Translations under genes and position numbers: made by a program
Notes under the pieces: model-generated
Seen by the model: only the letters and a program-made list of their open reading frames with translations
What the model was told of the DNA's origin: nothing
Database searches by the model: none
In this document: piece after piece, positions 46,060 through 61,859 of the stretch
Layout of the letters: each line of letters starts with the position of its first letter
How positions within the stretch are numbered: position 1 is the first letter of the stretch
Assembly: GCF_009914755.1 (NCBI RefSeq)
Contig: NC_060936.1
From: the human T2T-CHM13v2.0 reference genome, Homo sapiens
Length of the DNA stretch: 64,000 bases
Reading direction: 5' to 3' (one strand)

Positions 46060-46590
46060 TCCATCCACCCATCCATCCACTCATCCATCTACCCATCCAT
46101 CCATTTATCCATCCATCCTCACACTTACTGAGTTCTCTACTAGGTTGCAGGCACTGTGCTAGGCTTTGAGGGTATAATGATAAGCATTACAGGCATGGCC
46201 TGCCCCGATGGGTTAACAGTCTATAGGGGGAGACAACAAACAAGGCAACAAATGATTACAACCCTTGATAACCCACAAAGGAATGAATCTGAGGATAAGA
46301 ATCTCTCTGATTCTCAAATTAGGGAACATTCTTGTAAATGAAGAACAGGTAGGAGTTAGCAGAGCAACACAGTAGGAAGAGGGTTCCAGGCAGGGAAAAC
46401 ATGTTCCAAGCCTTGAGGTGGGAAAGACCATGGAGGCCAGTGTGGCTGGAGCAGAGTGACTGTAGGAGAGAGTGTCCGGGGATGACTTCAGAGAAATATG
46501 CAGGACCAGATGTACAGGGCCTCATGACTACAGTAGGTGTGATAGAAAGCCAGGAAATGTTTTATCCAGGCAGAATGACATGAATGGACT
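46060..46590 (-). mobile_element. L2 fragment with (TCCA)n tail
   Basis: caggcactgtgctaggc...gttccaggcagggaaaac...ggaggccagtgtggctggagcagagtga. Confidence 0.8.
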
Positions 46591-48813
46591 TGAAGGCTAC
46601 TGTACCACTCTCATCCCACCTCCACCTGGTTTCACCTGGGGATTGGACACATTCCAATTGCCTTCGGGGATGGTGCTGGAAAAAATGTTAACTGTCATTT
46701 ATTAAGTGCTCAGTGCATGTTTTATGTGTTTTTCCTGTATTATTACATTTATCCTTATGACATCCTATGGAGTAGGTACCATTATTATTTCCTTTTACAG
46801 GGAGAAACTGAGACTCAGAGAAGTTAAGACATTTGCTCAAGGTCAGCTTGAGGGGGATTAGAATAAAGGCTCATGTTTGTTTGACTTCTTTAGGTGTGTA
46901 TATGAACTTGCATCCATGTCTCAGTCCCAAGCCACATGGCTAGAATCGAATCATTCAGAGAAGCCAGGGCTGGAATGAGAAGGAATGCCTCTCAAGTAGC
47001 TGGAAGTTGGCATTAGAGACCAGGCTTATTTAGCTTGGATTCCAGCATTAGAACACCTTGACCTTGTGTCTTCTGGGTGCCTCATTACTCACTGGGGGTG
47101 TGAGAAGGGAACGATTGCACCAAGGGGAGTTGCTGCAGCTGTTGTTAGAAGGCCTGATGTTTCTGACCTCTTCCTACCTCTTCCTATGCCTCAACCCTTA
47201 GTGGCTCCTCTAGATGCTATGAAATCCACAATCCATGTCATCCTCGGCCACGAACAGCAGCCAGAGTGGAAAGCTCCATAGGACCAGAGCGCCAACGATA
47301 CGAAAGTGATCTGCTTCGTCAAAGCAGGGGCTCTTGCTCTGTGCCTGGCTGGCCCTCGACGCAAATTACTCTGATCTGAGCAGCTGGGCCTGGTTCTGGG
47401 AGATCTGAATTCAGACAAATCTGGAATAGAGTGCAGTGAAAAAGGAGAGACTCAAAAGTCAGATATAGCTGGGACCCAACCTCACCTTGGCCAAGTACCA
47501 AACCTTCTAGCTGTGTGACCTTGAATAATTTAGATAATTTCTCTGAAGTCAAAGTTTTTACAACATCTAGATCAGTTTCCCAAAGCCAAAATCAGTACAG
47601 TGAGCTATAAGCAGAATATTCATAGCTGATAAAACTGAGCACTTGTTATATGCCCAGGACCATGCCAAATGAGATGTGTATATATTTGAGTATATATGTA
47701 ATGAGTGTATATGCATATGCATATATATGTACATATTTTAATCTAATAATCTTGAAAACCCTATTCGCTGCACATACTATTCTTATTTTATAGATGAGGA
47801 ACTGAGGCTCAGAGAGGTTGAGTAATTCATCACAGTTTATTAAGTGGCAAAGCCGAAATTTGAACCAGGGCAGCTTAACTCTTCATCACTCCCTTTCATT
47901 GCCTTAAATATCCTCCCTTTTCTAAGGTATTAGGACTTCAAGTACAAACTCCAAAGCCTTCTGAGACAGCAAAGGCCTTATTTATAGGCATCTGGAAGTC
48001 ATAATTTGAAAGTGGAAATCATCTTTACTAAATTCCATGTCGTAGTCAATTGGGTGTGGAAACTGCACAATTCCAATGGTATGAATGTCTTCTTTATCCC
48101 AGTTGGTGCCTGCCCTAAATTAAAATCCCCTGAAGGTACTGCTCTCTTAATTAACTGTTTGCCTTGTTAGGATTGTAAACATTTTCCTTGTTGTGGAGTG
48201 GGTCACATCAGTTAAAAGCAGAGACAATGTCGAGCAGGAGGGCAGTGCGTCCAAGCCTGCTGGGAAGCAGAGCCTTCCCTTGCCTGCTGCGGTCCTTGCA
48301 TTTCTACTGGGAGGTCACAGAGACATAGACCCCTGGCATGACCGCTCCTCCCATACAGCAAGCAGCTACCACATGTTATGGGCTACCTACAGATGTTGGG
48401 AACATGGGTTTGGAGCCATTGAGACCTGGGTGTGGGTTCTTGCCTCTTCCTGTGCCTCAGTTTTCTTAGCAGTGACATGGGATGGGATGGTATTTGCCTC
48501 ACGGATGGAGATGTGGCTTGAATGAAGAGATATGTGCACTTAGTATAGGGCTGATGCTTAACAATGAAAGCTTTTCTACCCTACTCCTTCCATCTGCTCC
48601 AGTTCACATTTCTTATGCTTTTTGACCAGCCAGCAACATTATAATGTTCTCCCTATGTGTAGGTATTTTCCCTTGTTAAGAGTCCTACCTTCCCAAGGAA
48701 AAAAGCCAGAAACTCACTTTGCCATCTCCTTTTCAATCTTGTGGTGCAACCCTGGGACCCAATTCAGATGACCTGATTTTTTTTTTTTAAAGTCTTTTTA
48801 AAGAATAACAGAT

Positions 48814-49195
<382 letters not shown>

Positions 49196-49317
49196 CTAAA
49201 ACACAAAAAGAGAACACTACCGGCTTCCCAGAAGACCTCACTAAACCCCTTTCTGGTCCTTATTCCATGTAAGTATCTACTATCTTGACTTTTGAAGCAC
49301 AGGCTAGTTTTGCTAAT

Positions 49318-49682
49318 TTTTTTTTCATTTTTTTAAAAACAAAAACAAAAACAAAAACGGGATACATGTGCACAACGTGCAGGTCTGCTACACAGGCATA
49401 TGTGTGCCATGGTGGTTTGCTGCACCAAATGACCCATCCTCTAAGTTCCCTCCCTTCACCCCCCACCCCCAATAGGCCCCAGTGTGTGTTGTTCCCCTCT
49501 CTGTGTCCATGTGTTCTCATTGTTCAGCTCCCACTTATGAGTGAGAACATGCAGTATTTGGTTTTCTGTTCCTGTGTTAGTTTGCTGAGGATGGTGGCTT
49601 CCAGCTTCCTCCATGTCCCTGCAAAGGACAGGATCTCATTCCTTTTTATGGCTGCATAGTATTCCATGGTGTATATGTACCA
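49318..49682 (-). mobile_element. L1PA8-like 3' end (~360 bp)
   Basis: gggatacatgtgcacaacgtgcagg...cctctaagttccctccc...gtgtatatgtacca. Confidence 0.85.
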
Positions 49683-49780
49683 AATTTTTGAACTTTATAT
49701 AGATAGGATTAAACAGCATGTGTTAGTATGTATCATTTTGCATCTGGCTTTTTCAATCACCATTTAGGTTGTTGTTGGGA

Positions 49781-50084
49781 TTTTTGTTTGTTTGTTTGTT
49801 TTTGAGACAAGGTCTCATTTTGTTGCCCAGGCTGGAGTACAGTGGCGCAATCTTGGCTCACTGCAGCCTTGAGCTCCTGGGCTGAAGTGATCCTCACACC
49901 TCGGCCTCCTGAGTAGCTTGGACTACAGGCATGTGCCATCATGTCCAGCTAATTTTTGTATTTTCTGTAGAGACAGGGTTTTGCCATGTTGCCCAGGCTA
50001 GTCTCAAACTCCTGGGCTCAAGTGATCCTCCTACCTCAGCCTCCCAAGTGCTGGGATTATAGGTGTGAGCCACCGCGCTGGGCC
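49781..50084 (-). mobile_element. Alu (AluJb-like)
   Basis: Antisense dimer with (TTTG)n tail. Confidence 0.92.
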
Positions 50085-50408
50085 TTACTCAACACTTTGT
50101 AAGATTTATCCATATTGTTGCATGTGGTTTATTCATTCTCATTTCAGTGTAGTACATATTCCACTGTGTGAACATACCTGTTTATTATTCTATTCAACTG
50201 TTGATGGACATTTGGGTTATTTCTAGTTTTCAGCTAATACAAGTAGGGCTGATATGAATATTGTTTTACATGTTTATTGGTGAACTCATAAGCATTTGTT
50301 TGGGGCATATATAGATATATATATATATGAATAGAATTGTTGAGTCATAGGTTATGTATGTGATGGCTTTTGTTTATAGCAATTTATACTGCCACCAATA
50401 ATATATGA

Positions 50409-50829
<421 letters not shown>

Positions 50830-53162
50830 TTTTCATGTATTAATTGGCCAGTTGGATATTGACTTTTGTGGACTTCCCATTTATGTCTTTTGCCCATTTT
50901 TTCTCTTGGGTTGTCTGGCTCTTTCTTATTAATTTGTAGGAGTTCTTTTTATACTTTGGATAAAAGTCCTTTTTGATTTTGCAAACATTCATCTTCATTC
51001 TACTTGTTGTCTTTTCATCACTAGTAGATTATATCTTTTGATTACTGTTAAGAGTTTAGTTGCGGTTCAATGTGATATTTCCCTTTAGTTAGAACTTTTG
51101 TCATCTATTTAAGATACCTTTGCCAACGTCAAGGCCATGAGGATATTCTCTCATGTTTTTGCCTAAAAGCTTTATTGTTTTACCTGTCACATTTATGCAT
51201 AATCCATCTGGCATTGATTTTTGTGTATGCTGTGAGGTAGGGTTCAGGATGAATCTTTTCCTCACATGAATGTCCAATTAACCTAGCACCAGTATTTGAA
51301 AATAACATCATCTCTCTTCTGCTTGCAGTGATACTTTTGTTATAAATCAGATGATTATGTACGTGTGAGTCTGCTTCCGGACTCTATATTTTGTTCCACT
51401 GGTCTCTATATCTAACCTTAAGGAAACTTTCACTTGGAAGAGAGATTTGTGAAGAAGGAGGTGCCCTGAGGAACCCATTTTTTGGTGATGATTGTGGGAG
51501 AAGCATAGAGAAATGTATTCAGCTTCTAGAGGCGGCTGTGGCACGGTCCTAAAGCTGTAGTAATTTGAATTACAGTATCTAGGGCCTCTGTGGCACTGGC
51601 CATAGGGTCTCCTTGGAGCAGTCCATGGGTATAATGTGGGCATTGCCCTTGGCTGTGTAGGCTTTAAGCTTAGTTCTTGGTTCCTTCCATTAAGTATGAA
51701 TACAAAAAAATTGAAACCTCTGTGCTTGCCTTCCCCTGAAACCAATTTGCCACTGCATGCTCCTTTCCCGGTAAGCTGTGAAATACAAGGTCTCCTTGTA
51801 ATACTTTTATACACTGCTCACTGCAATTTAATATATGAGACACTGTATCATAGTCTGGAGGTTCAAAATTACCTCGAAGTAATCATTTCCTAGAGGGTTG
51901 GTAGTAAACATTATGTCACATAGCTATAGACTGTTGCCTGTCGCCATCAATCAGCCCCCCAGGGAGATATTAGAGAGAATGATACAGGAGCGAACAGAGA
52001 ACTGGTGAGTGTCTGCACGTGGCTGCCAGGTCTCTGCAAAGGAAGACAGGCTTGGTGGTCTGTGGTAAACTGGCTTTGTCGGGGGTGGCTCCTTCAGCAC
52101 TAAGGAGCTGGAGGTGTGGGTTCAGGCCCTGAGTGGCCTGTTGGCCTAACTCAGCTTCAGGTTCATGGGATCCTTTATCCTTAACCTTTGCTCTCTGATA
52201 CCTTCCCTAGTGATTTGGACCAAACCCATCACCTGTGTTTGCAAAGCAATAGTAGTTGCCGTTAATGAGCACTCACTCTGCCCCAAGAAATCTAATCATT
52301 TTCATGCATCATCTCAATCTTCAGAGTAACCCAAGGATAGAGTTATAATATTAGCCCTATTTTAAATCTGAGGAGACCAAGGCTTGGAGATCTTGGCTAA
52401 CCTGCAAGATCATGGCAAAGTTAGGATTTGAACCTGGGGTGTTCTGCTTCCAGAGGCCGGGTGCTAAGTCACTATGTACTCATTCTCTTACACATCCAGC
52501 TCTGCACTGGGCCCATTAGCCTGTGATCTCACTAAATATTTAAGGATGCTGCTTTTGTCCTCATTGTACAGATAAAGAAACCGAGGCCATAAGAAGTGCA
52601 GCTGCCCATCCAAGTTCAGTGAGTAGATGGCATTACTGAGGTTCCACCCCAAGGCTCTCAGGCTATACATCTGAAACTTCCTTTTTGGGTAGGCAGATAA
52701 AACATCTCTGTCTGCAGAGTGAAGAATGTTTGCAGGTTCATCTCATGGACCTAATGTCTCTGTGAACTTAGGCCTATGTCCCCAAAAGGGGCAGATCAGG
52801 TTTTGGCAAACTGACATATAAACAACTTAAATTACCTTCTTAAAACATAAAATTATTAATAAAACTTAGGTATGGACATATATACTTATTTAGTAGGTGC
52901 ATTCAAGTAAGGGGCCCTGAAACTTATACTTCATACACTTCATAGCAAATCCACTCTAGTCTCCAGTCTTCTGTGGACTCCCACCTTGGATGCAAATCTC
53001 CAAAACTCAGAAGGCTTTTCCTGTCTCTGCTGGACTTTTAGAAATCTGAGCATGGAAAGCAGCACAATGTGGATGATTTGGAAGTGTCAGCATCTCAGTG
53101 TCATCTGTGGTCCCAAACCAGGACTGGAGCTGCAAGGGGTGAGGACTCTGAGTGACTCTAAG

Positions 53163-53472
53163 CTAATGTCACTCAAAGTGTGGTCTCTGAGCTGGGGGTC
53201 TATGAGATGTTTGTTACCAGTCCAGGACAAGATTGGTCAGACACCAAGAACTGGCATTTGGAAACTTTTATAGCAATTCAGTACTGCAGAGAGTCCAAGT
53301 GTCCCGTTAAACAGGGTGTAGACAAGTTTGCATCTGGCTTTTTTAAACACCGATGAGTTGCTTGTGGTTCCAGCTGGTAGTAGTCATGCACAGTAGAACC
53401 ATGTATCAGGCCATAACATTTTGGGAGAAAACCAAAGCTGGTCCTTTACCATAGACAGTTTGAGAAGCACTG
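53163..53472. mobile_element. hAT-Charlie element (Charlie4-like)
   Basis: ctcaaagtgtggtc...gaaacttttatagcaatt...cagtttgagaagcactg. Confidence 0.65.
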
Positions 53473-53761
53473 GTCTAAGCCTTATTGGGGGATGTCATTT
53501 TTTTGAATACACCCAGTCATCAATCAATGTTTCATTTCACAAACAAGCAAACCTCAAACCAGACCACACCAAGACAATGATAACAGCAGCAGCAAAATCC
53601 CAAATCTGACCCAATCATAATTTGTTTGTGGTCTGGTTTAGTTTTGATCTGGGTAATCTCATGGCCTCCATTTTTGTGCAGGCTTAGAAGAAAGTAGTTC
53701 CAGTCTCTTTCAAAGTGTAGCCCAAGGACAACTGCCTTTATCCAAATTGCCTGAAAAGCTG

Positions 53762-54363
53762 TGTTGGTTCCTATTGCTTTGTAAGAAATCACCATGCACT
53801 TAGCTTAAAACAACACAAATTCATCTTGCCATTTCAATGGGACAGAAGTCTGAGTCCTGTGCTCAGGATCTCCTCAGGCTAAGATCAACATATTGGCCAG
53901 AGATGGGCTTGAGGTCCTTTTCCAAGCTCACCAGTAGGTAGCAGAATTCAGTTCCTCGAGGTTGTAGGACTGAGGTCCTCAGTCCCTAGTGGCTGCCCAC
54001 TGTTCTCTGTCATGTGGTCATCTTCATAGTATGAAATTTTGCTTCTTCAAGGCCAATAAGAGTGTCTCTGTTACCTTGATCTCCCCAATGTCTTCCATCT
54101 CTGACCTCTACATCCTCTTCTAAAGGACTCACCTGATTAGGTCAGGCTTTCCAAAGATAATCCTCCCCTTGATTTACTTGTTAACTGGTTAGGGGCCTTA
54201 ATTACATCTACAAATCCCTTCATCTTGGCCACATAATGTAAGCTCATCAGAAGAGTGACAACCATCATATTGACAGATCTCAGCTACACTCAAAGTGAGG
54301 GAATTATACAGGGACAGAAAGGGGCAGGGATCTTGGGGGCCATTTCAGAATTCTGCCTATACA
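53762..54363 (-). mobile_element. MLT1D/E-like LTR
   Basis: cttaaaacaacacaaatt...gcagaattcagttcctcgaggttgtaggactgagg...ttcagaattctgccta. Confidence 0.85.
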
Positions 54364-54629
54364 GAAGTCAGTTTAAAAAGTAGGTTCTTGGTTCCAAACC
54401 CAAGAGAATTGATTTTGCAGGCAATGTGGGACTCCAGAACGCACATTTTAGCAACCTTCCCAGCTACTTTGAGACTATAAGTTACACAAATCTGGGCTTG
54501 AGTGTCAGATTTGCCACTTATTAGCTGGGAGGCCTCTAGATAATCATTCCCTGTCTATGACATTCAGTTTCTTCACCTGCAAGGTGGAGTGGGCAAGCCC
54601 TACCTTGCAGGATTGTAGAGAGGATTAAA

Positions 54630-54689
54630 TGTGATGCAGATTAGTGTGATGCGGATTGGTGTGATGCGGATTGGTGTGATGTGGATTGG
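54630..54689. repeat. 15 bp tandem repeat x4 (tgtgatgcggattgg)
   Basis: Direct read, at the 3' end of a MIR. Confidence 0.9.
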
Positions 54690-54811
54690 TGGATTTTTGA
54701 TCCCGACTGCACATTAGAATCACTGGGAAGGGGCCCTGAGTCACCTCAGACCAACTTAGTCAGAATCTCTAGGATGGGGTCTAGGCATCAACATTTTTTA
54801 AAGCTCCCCAA

Positions 54812-54862
<51 letters not shown>

Positions 54863-55141
54863 TGAGACAGGGTCTCCCTCTGTCACCCAGGCTGGAGTGC
54901 AGTGGTGCAATCACAGCTCACTGCAGCCTCGATCTCCTGGACTGAAGCAATCCTCTTGCCTCAGCCTCTTGAGTAGCTGAGACTATAGCACAAGCACACC
55001 TGGCTAATTTCTAAGTTTTAGTAGAAATAAGGTCTTACTATGTTGCCCAGGCTGGTCTCAGACTCCTGGGATCAAGCAATACTCCTGCCTCAGCCTCCCA
55101 CAATGCTAGGATTACAGGCATGAGCCACCACACATCCGGCC
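54812..55141 (-). mobile_element. Alu (AluJ-type) with (TTA)n tail, inside a MER5-like element
   Basis: TSD ctccccaa; flanks cacattagaatcactggg...ttaaagctcccca|gtgattctgatatgcag are MER5A-like. Confidence 0.9.
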
Positions 55142-55169
55142 TCCCCAAGTGATTCTGATATGCAGTTGA

Positions 55170-55628
55170 TATATTGGTCAGCCACTGCTACAATAATGCT
55201 ATGAAATGAATAACTCTGAAATCTCAGTGGCTTACAATAACAAACATTTTTCTACTCTTTTATCTGCAGATGGGCTAGGGTTTGTTTAGTCAGGCTTTGC
55301 TCCAGGCAGCGTATGTCCGCTCTGTTTCTCATCCTGAGACCAGGAGCTCTGTGGGAAATGCCCTTATTATGGTGCTGATGGCAGGAATGTTAGAGATTGG
55401 AAACATGTGCCACCTCTCGAAGTTCAGCTTAGAACTGGCCTCCTATCACTTCCTCTTACATTACATTGGCCAAGGCAAGTCACATGACTAAGTTCAACAA
55501 CAGCAGAGCAAGGAAGTAGACTCTACCCACAATGGGAAACACTGCCAAGTCACATGGCAAAGAACTCAGATGGATGAGTCTGTTGAGAGCGGATGTGGGG
55601 GTGGGAACAGTAACCCAATTTACTGTGG
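55170..55628 (-). mobile_element. MLT1J/K-like LTR
   Basis: atctcagtggcttacaataacaa...cattggccaaggcaagtcacatgactaag. Confidence 0.7.
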
Positions 55629-57059
55629 CTGATAACTATGGATGCTAGGAAAAGCACTTCACAAGGTACCTGGCCAGAGTGGATGCTCAATAAACATCAT
55701 GTACTCCCCTAGAGCATACACTCTCACAACTTCCTCTGAGGCTCTTGGATGGGAGTGATTCTCCTTCCGTGACTAGTTCCAGGGATGAGGCGCTTTCCCT
55801 CACTGGCGTGAAGTCCGTCTCCAGGAGGAGAGGAGCTCGCCATAATGCACCAAGTGCTTTGAGTTCCTGGGAAGAGAGATCCCTATTGGAGGCTGCAAGA
55901 ACTATGATTATCTACTTAAATATCCATTTTCCCATACACCACTCACAAAGTGCTCTATTTATTTGCACACTCTCCGTAATATAGCAGCGGAGGGAGAATT
56001 CATTAAGGCAAATTGTGAGGATAGCTTTCAAAAAAAAATTCATTGCTCTGTTTTATGCAGTACATAGTTCCCTGTTTAATGAGAACTCAGCAACTCCATT
56101 TTCCTTAAGGGTTTAATAAAAGTATAATTTAAAAAATTAAGACAGACGGGGAAAGTGCCGAGAGAAGCTATTTTCCCCATTAACTTGCAGAGTAGACCTT
56201 CTTGATACTGCAAGATGGGTGGGGAGAAGAAAAACTCCAGGAGTTATCAAGAGTTCTTTAAGGTTACATAAAACTCCGGCCGGGGTTTATGTCGCCTGGG
56301 GATTCTTGCTGAACAGATAGGAATTAGATTTATTGGTTAAGTAATGGGGCTGTTACTAGCTGGCAGTTTAATTAATGCTGATATAGGAGCTTTGCTTTCT
56401 CTTAGAATTTGAACTACAGAGCACTGGAGGAGGAGACATTTACATTTTTAAAATTTTCTGAATATTCTTGATTGCCTTTGGATGATAGAGGGAGGGATAT
56501 TATTGGTGTGGCAATGGCCAATGTCCAGGTGATTCTCAGCTCTCTGCATGTAGTATGTCAGGGGAAAATTGTTAACCACAATTTGGTTTCCTTCCATCCT
56601 GCTGCTGATACTGGCTTCTTGAAGCAGGGAAGAACCTAAGAGAGAGTAATTTTAATAATAATGTTATTAAAGAAGCTAAGAATTAGTATTGCTCACATTT
56701 TTGAGTGCTTATTTTATTAATTTTCACTGGGAAGCTAGTGTTATCATTATTAGGAAACCAAGGCTCAGTCACACAGACAAAAAATACAGAGCTGGGATTT
56801 GAACACTGTGTCCACGTCTCAAATTCTGTTCTGCCCCGTCCTATATGGCAGATGGTCCAACCGAGGCTCAAGGAAGTGGGGTAAAATTCTCAAGCCTGAA
56901 GAGCAAGTGAATGCAGAGTGGGAACTAGATCTCTACCTAGCAGCTTTCCCTGGTATGACCCTTGAATTTAATATGGGGATTCTGATGCACTGTGATATTA
57001 GTCTGCATGACTCTCATTGAGAAATATAAATATGCTCTCCTTCCTCATGTAGAACACAG

Positions 57060-57300
57060 TAAGCAGAACTCACATTGATGGAGGGTTTACTATGTTGCAG
57101 GCACTCTGCTGAGTGCTTTGTGTTCATTATTACATTTAATCCTCACAATAAAGGGTAGGAGGAAGGTATGTTACTACCTCCCCCTTAGAGATGAAGAATT
57201 TGAGGCTCTGAGAGGTCAAATGACTTGCCCAAAGTCACAAATCAGGAAATGGTCCAGACGAGATTCTGACCCAGATCTGTCTGAAACTCCCCAGTCTTTG
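57060..57300 (-). mobile_element. MIR
   Basis: tttaatcctcaca...gatgaagaatttgaggctctgagaggtcaaatgacttgcccaaagtcac. Confidence 0.8.
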
Positions 57301-58267
57301 CACTGGCCCCCAAGAAAACATTGCTTGGGTTTTCCACTACTTCATTTTACCAGTGTTCCAGGCTGGCTTCATCCATGATCACTGGGAGTTGACTAATGCA
57401 ATTCAGACTGACACTTTTGGGAATTAGCTTTAGCAACTTCCCATGCAAATCCTTCTTCTCAAAAGATCAGAAGGGGTCTGCTTTCCTTCCCTGCATTCCC
57501 TTGTTGGCATGTGGTTTTACGGCCTCCTTGATGTGCTGTGTTATAAATCAGGAGGCTCTTCTCTTGGACCTTGAAGAGATGAATGGGTCTTTGAGTATGG
57601 AGTAAGTGGGTCAGCAGTTTGGGAAACACGCTCTTCTCTGTCTCTCTTGGGCTGCCATTTATTACATGATCCTTAAGAGAACCACATTCCTTTCCAACCA
57701 AGAAAATGTGTATGGTTTTCCTCTATGTTTGATTCAAAAGTAGTTAAAATTTTTTTCTTGACCATGTTGTTAAAGACATTTGAGTTGATGACTAAAGGTA
57801 GATAATATCCAGAGAATGGAGAGAATGATTCCTAAATTTATGTTCATATTATCAGGGTTGGTAACTGGCTTTAAGTATGTTAAGTTGGTTTTTGCATTGA
57901 CCAAAGAAAGTTAGTTTTGATTTTGCAGGGATGTTTGGATTTCCCATTTAGGACCAGCAGAAGTGATTTTACACCACACAGATCCCTGCTCTCCATGTCC
58001 TCATCCATGCGAGACATCACTAATAGATCATGACACTATTCCCTGCTCAGACCAGTTGTGATATTAAAATCCTTCCTAGTAGAGGGCTTCAGGCAGCCAC
58101 TGCCACTGATCAAAATTGGATTATTTTGACTGGTCAAGTTTGACTGGATGTTATTTTATGTCCTTTTTGAGTTTTCCTGCCAGTCGGCCTCAGCTACAGG
58201 CCAAACTGGGTTGAATTAAGATGCTAATCAAGGCATCGATGGGAAATTAAATGACGCTCAAATTCTT

Positions 58268-59567
<1,300 letters not shown>

Positions 59568-59629
59568 TTAAATAATTAGAAATGAAGGCTTAGAAAAGTG
59601 ACTCATTGACGATCACATAGCCAATAAGC

Positions 59630-60075
59630 CAGGGAAGAAGTTTAATAGATTTGGGAGTAAGATAGACCCAGGTTCAAGTCCTGTCTATACCACTTCCTAA
59701 TTTAGTGATGTTGGGAAAATCACTTCAACTCCCTGAGCCTCAGTTTTCTCATCTGTAAAATGAGAGTATAATCTACTGACCTTGTTGAGCTATGGTGAGA
59801 ATTAAACAAGATAATGCATATGAAATGCCTAGGGGAGGGCATGGTAGGCAGAAGAAGTACCTAATAAATATCAGAAGTTACTTTACCGGTGTTCTTAAAA
59901 GTATCTTGTGAACAAAAAGCTTAATATACATTATTACAAGATCTGAAAACTTTGTGAAGTGGGTACCACTATCCCCATTTACAGATAATGAAATGGAGAC
60001 TCAGAGAAATAATATGGCTTTCCTAACATTATAAAGTGAAATAGCAGAACAAGAATTCAAATCCCAGATCTGGCA
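59630..60075. mobile_element. Two MIR fragments (+ then -)
   Basis: ctgagcctcagttttctcatctgtaaaatg; ccccattttacagataatgaaatggagactcagag. Confidence 0.8.
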
Positions 60076-60099
60076 AGGCACAAGTTTTTATCTGCTTAG

Positions 60100-60495
<396 letters not shown>

Positions 60496-61183
60496 ATCCT
60501 TTATAAATTTCAACACCTCTCTCTGCATGACTATTTTCCCTTACTCTTCTTTATTTTTCTCTCCAAAGCACTTTTTAACTGTCCACCATACTATCTTACT
60601 AAATAATTTACTTATTTATTATGCATATATTTTACTCTCTGTCTCTCTCCTACTTGATCATAAATCCCACAGGGTAGGGAATTTTATTTTGTTAACTGCT
60701 ACATTCACTGATCCTAGTACAGAGCCCAACACACAGTAATAAATATTTGTTGAATAAATGGATGAAGTATACCTGGCTCAAAAGCTTCCATTGTACCACA
60801 CCATGTCCTAAATAATTTATAATCAGAACTATCATTAGTTGAATGCCTACCATATTTTGGGCATCATGGAGGCATCAAAAATATATTGTTGCAAAGTTTG
60901 ACCATAACCTTTCGTGGAAGAGATTATTTTCTAGGCTTTGCAGTTGAGGAAACTAACAATCAGCGTGGTTATGTGATTTGGTTTCATCAGACAGCTATTA
61001 AAGAGCAAATGAGGAGCCAGGTCTAGGTCAACTGGTCAGCAAGACCTGTTCTCCTTCCCTGGCTCACATACTGTAGGAGACTTGCTTCACTCACAGGGAA
61101 AAGGAATGTTCCTGAACACCTGTAAGTGTATGTAAGTATGAATAAATTATATGCAGGTACCACTCTAATAAAGTAATATGGGT

Positions 61184-61759
61184 TGTACTAGTTTTCTAGG
61201 GCTGCAGTGACAAAGTGCCACAAACTGGGTGGTTTAAAAACAGAAATCTAGGCCAGACACTGTGCCTCATGCCTGTAATACCAACACTTTGGGAGGTTGA
61301 GGCAGGAGGACTGTGTGAGCTCAGGAGTTCGAGACCAGCCTGGGCAACATAGGGAGACTTTGTCTACTACTAAATTAACAAAACAAAACCAGAAATTTAT
61401 TGTCTCACAATTCTGGAGGTTAGAAATCCAAAATCAAGGTGTTAGCAGGGCTAGTTTCTTCCAAGGTCTGTGAGGGAAGGGTCTGCTCCAAGACCTTTTC
61501 CTTGGCTTGCAGATAGCCGTCTTCTCTCCATGTCTTGTCCCACTGTCTTCTCTGTATGCCTGTTTGCCTTCAAGTTTTCTTTTTTTTTTATAAAGACACT
61601 AGTCATACTGGATATGGGGCCCACTCTACACCAGTATAACCTCATCTTAACTAATTATATCTGCAATGACCCTATTTCTAAATAAGATCATATTCTGAGG
61701 TACTGGGAGTAAGGACTTCAACATATAAATTTTGGGGAAGGCATAATTCAACCCATAAC
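61184..61759 (-). mobile_element. MLT1B/C solo LTR
   Basis: tgtactagttttctagggctgc...attcaacccataaca. Confidence 0.88.
61251..61389 (+). mobile_element. FLAM (free left Alu monomer) inside MLT1
   Basis: Single left arm plus A-rich tail; TSD cagaaatcta / cagaaattta. Confidence 0.85.
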
Positions 61760-61859
61760 ACAGATATTTTATATATAAAATTATATATATGTATATATAT
61801 AAAATTTTAAAATGATAAGATATAAAGATTCTAGTATTTTTTCCTGGTGAATTAAAAAG

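Noticed and set aside
51420-52240. Possible additional ancient LTR fragments (also ~2280-2520)
   Set aside because: LTR-like composition, but I cannot assign a family or boundaries
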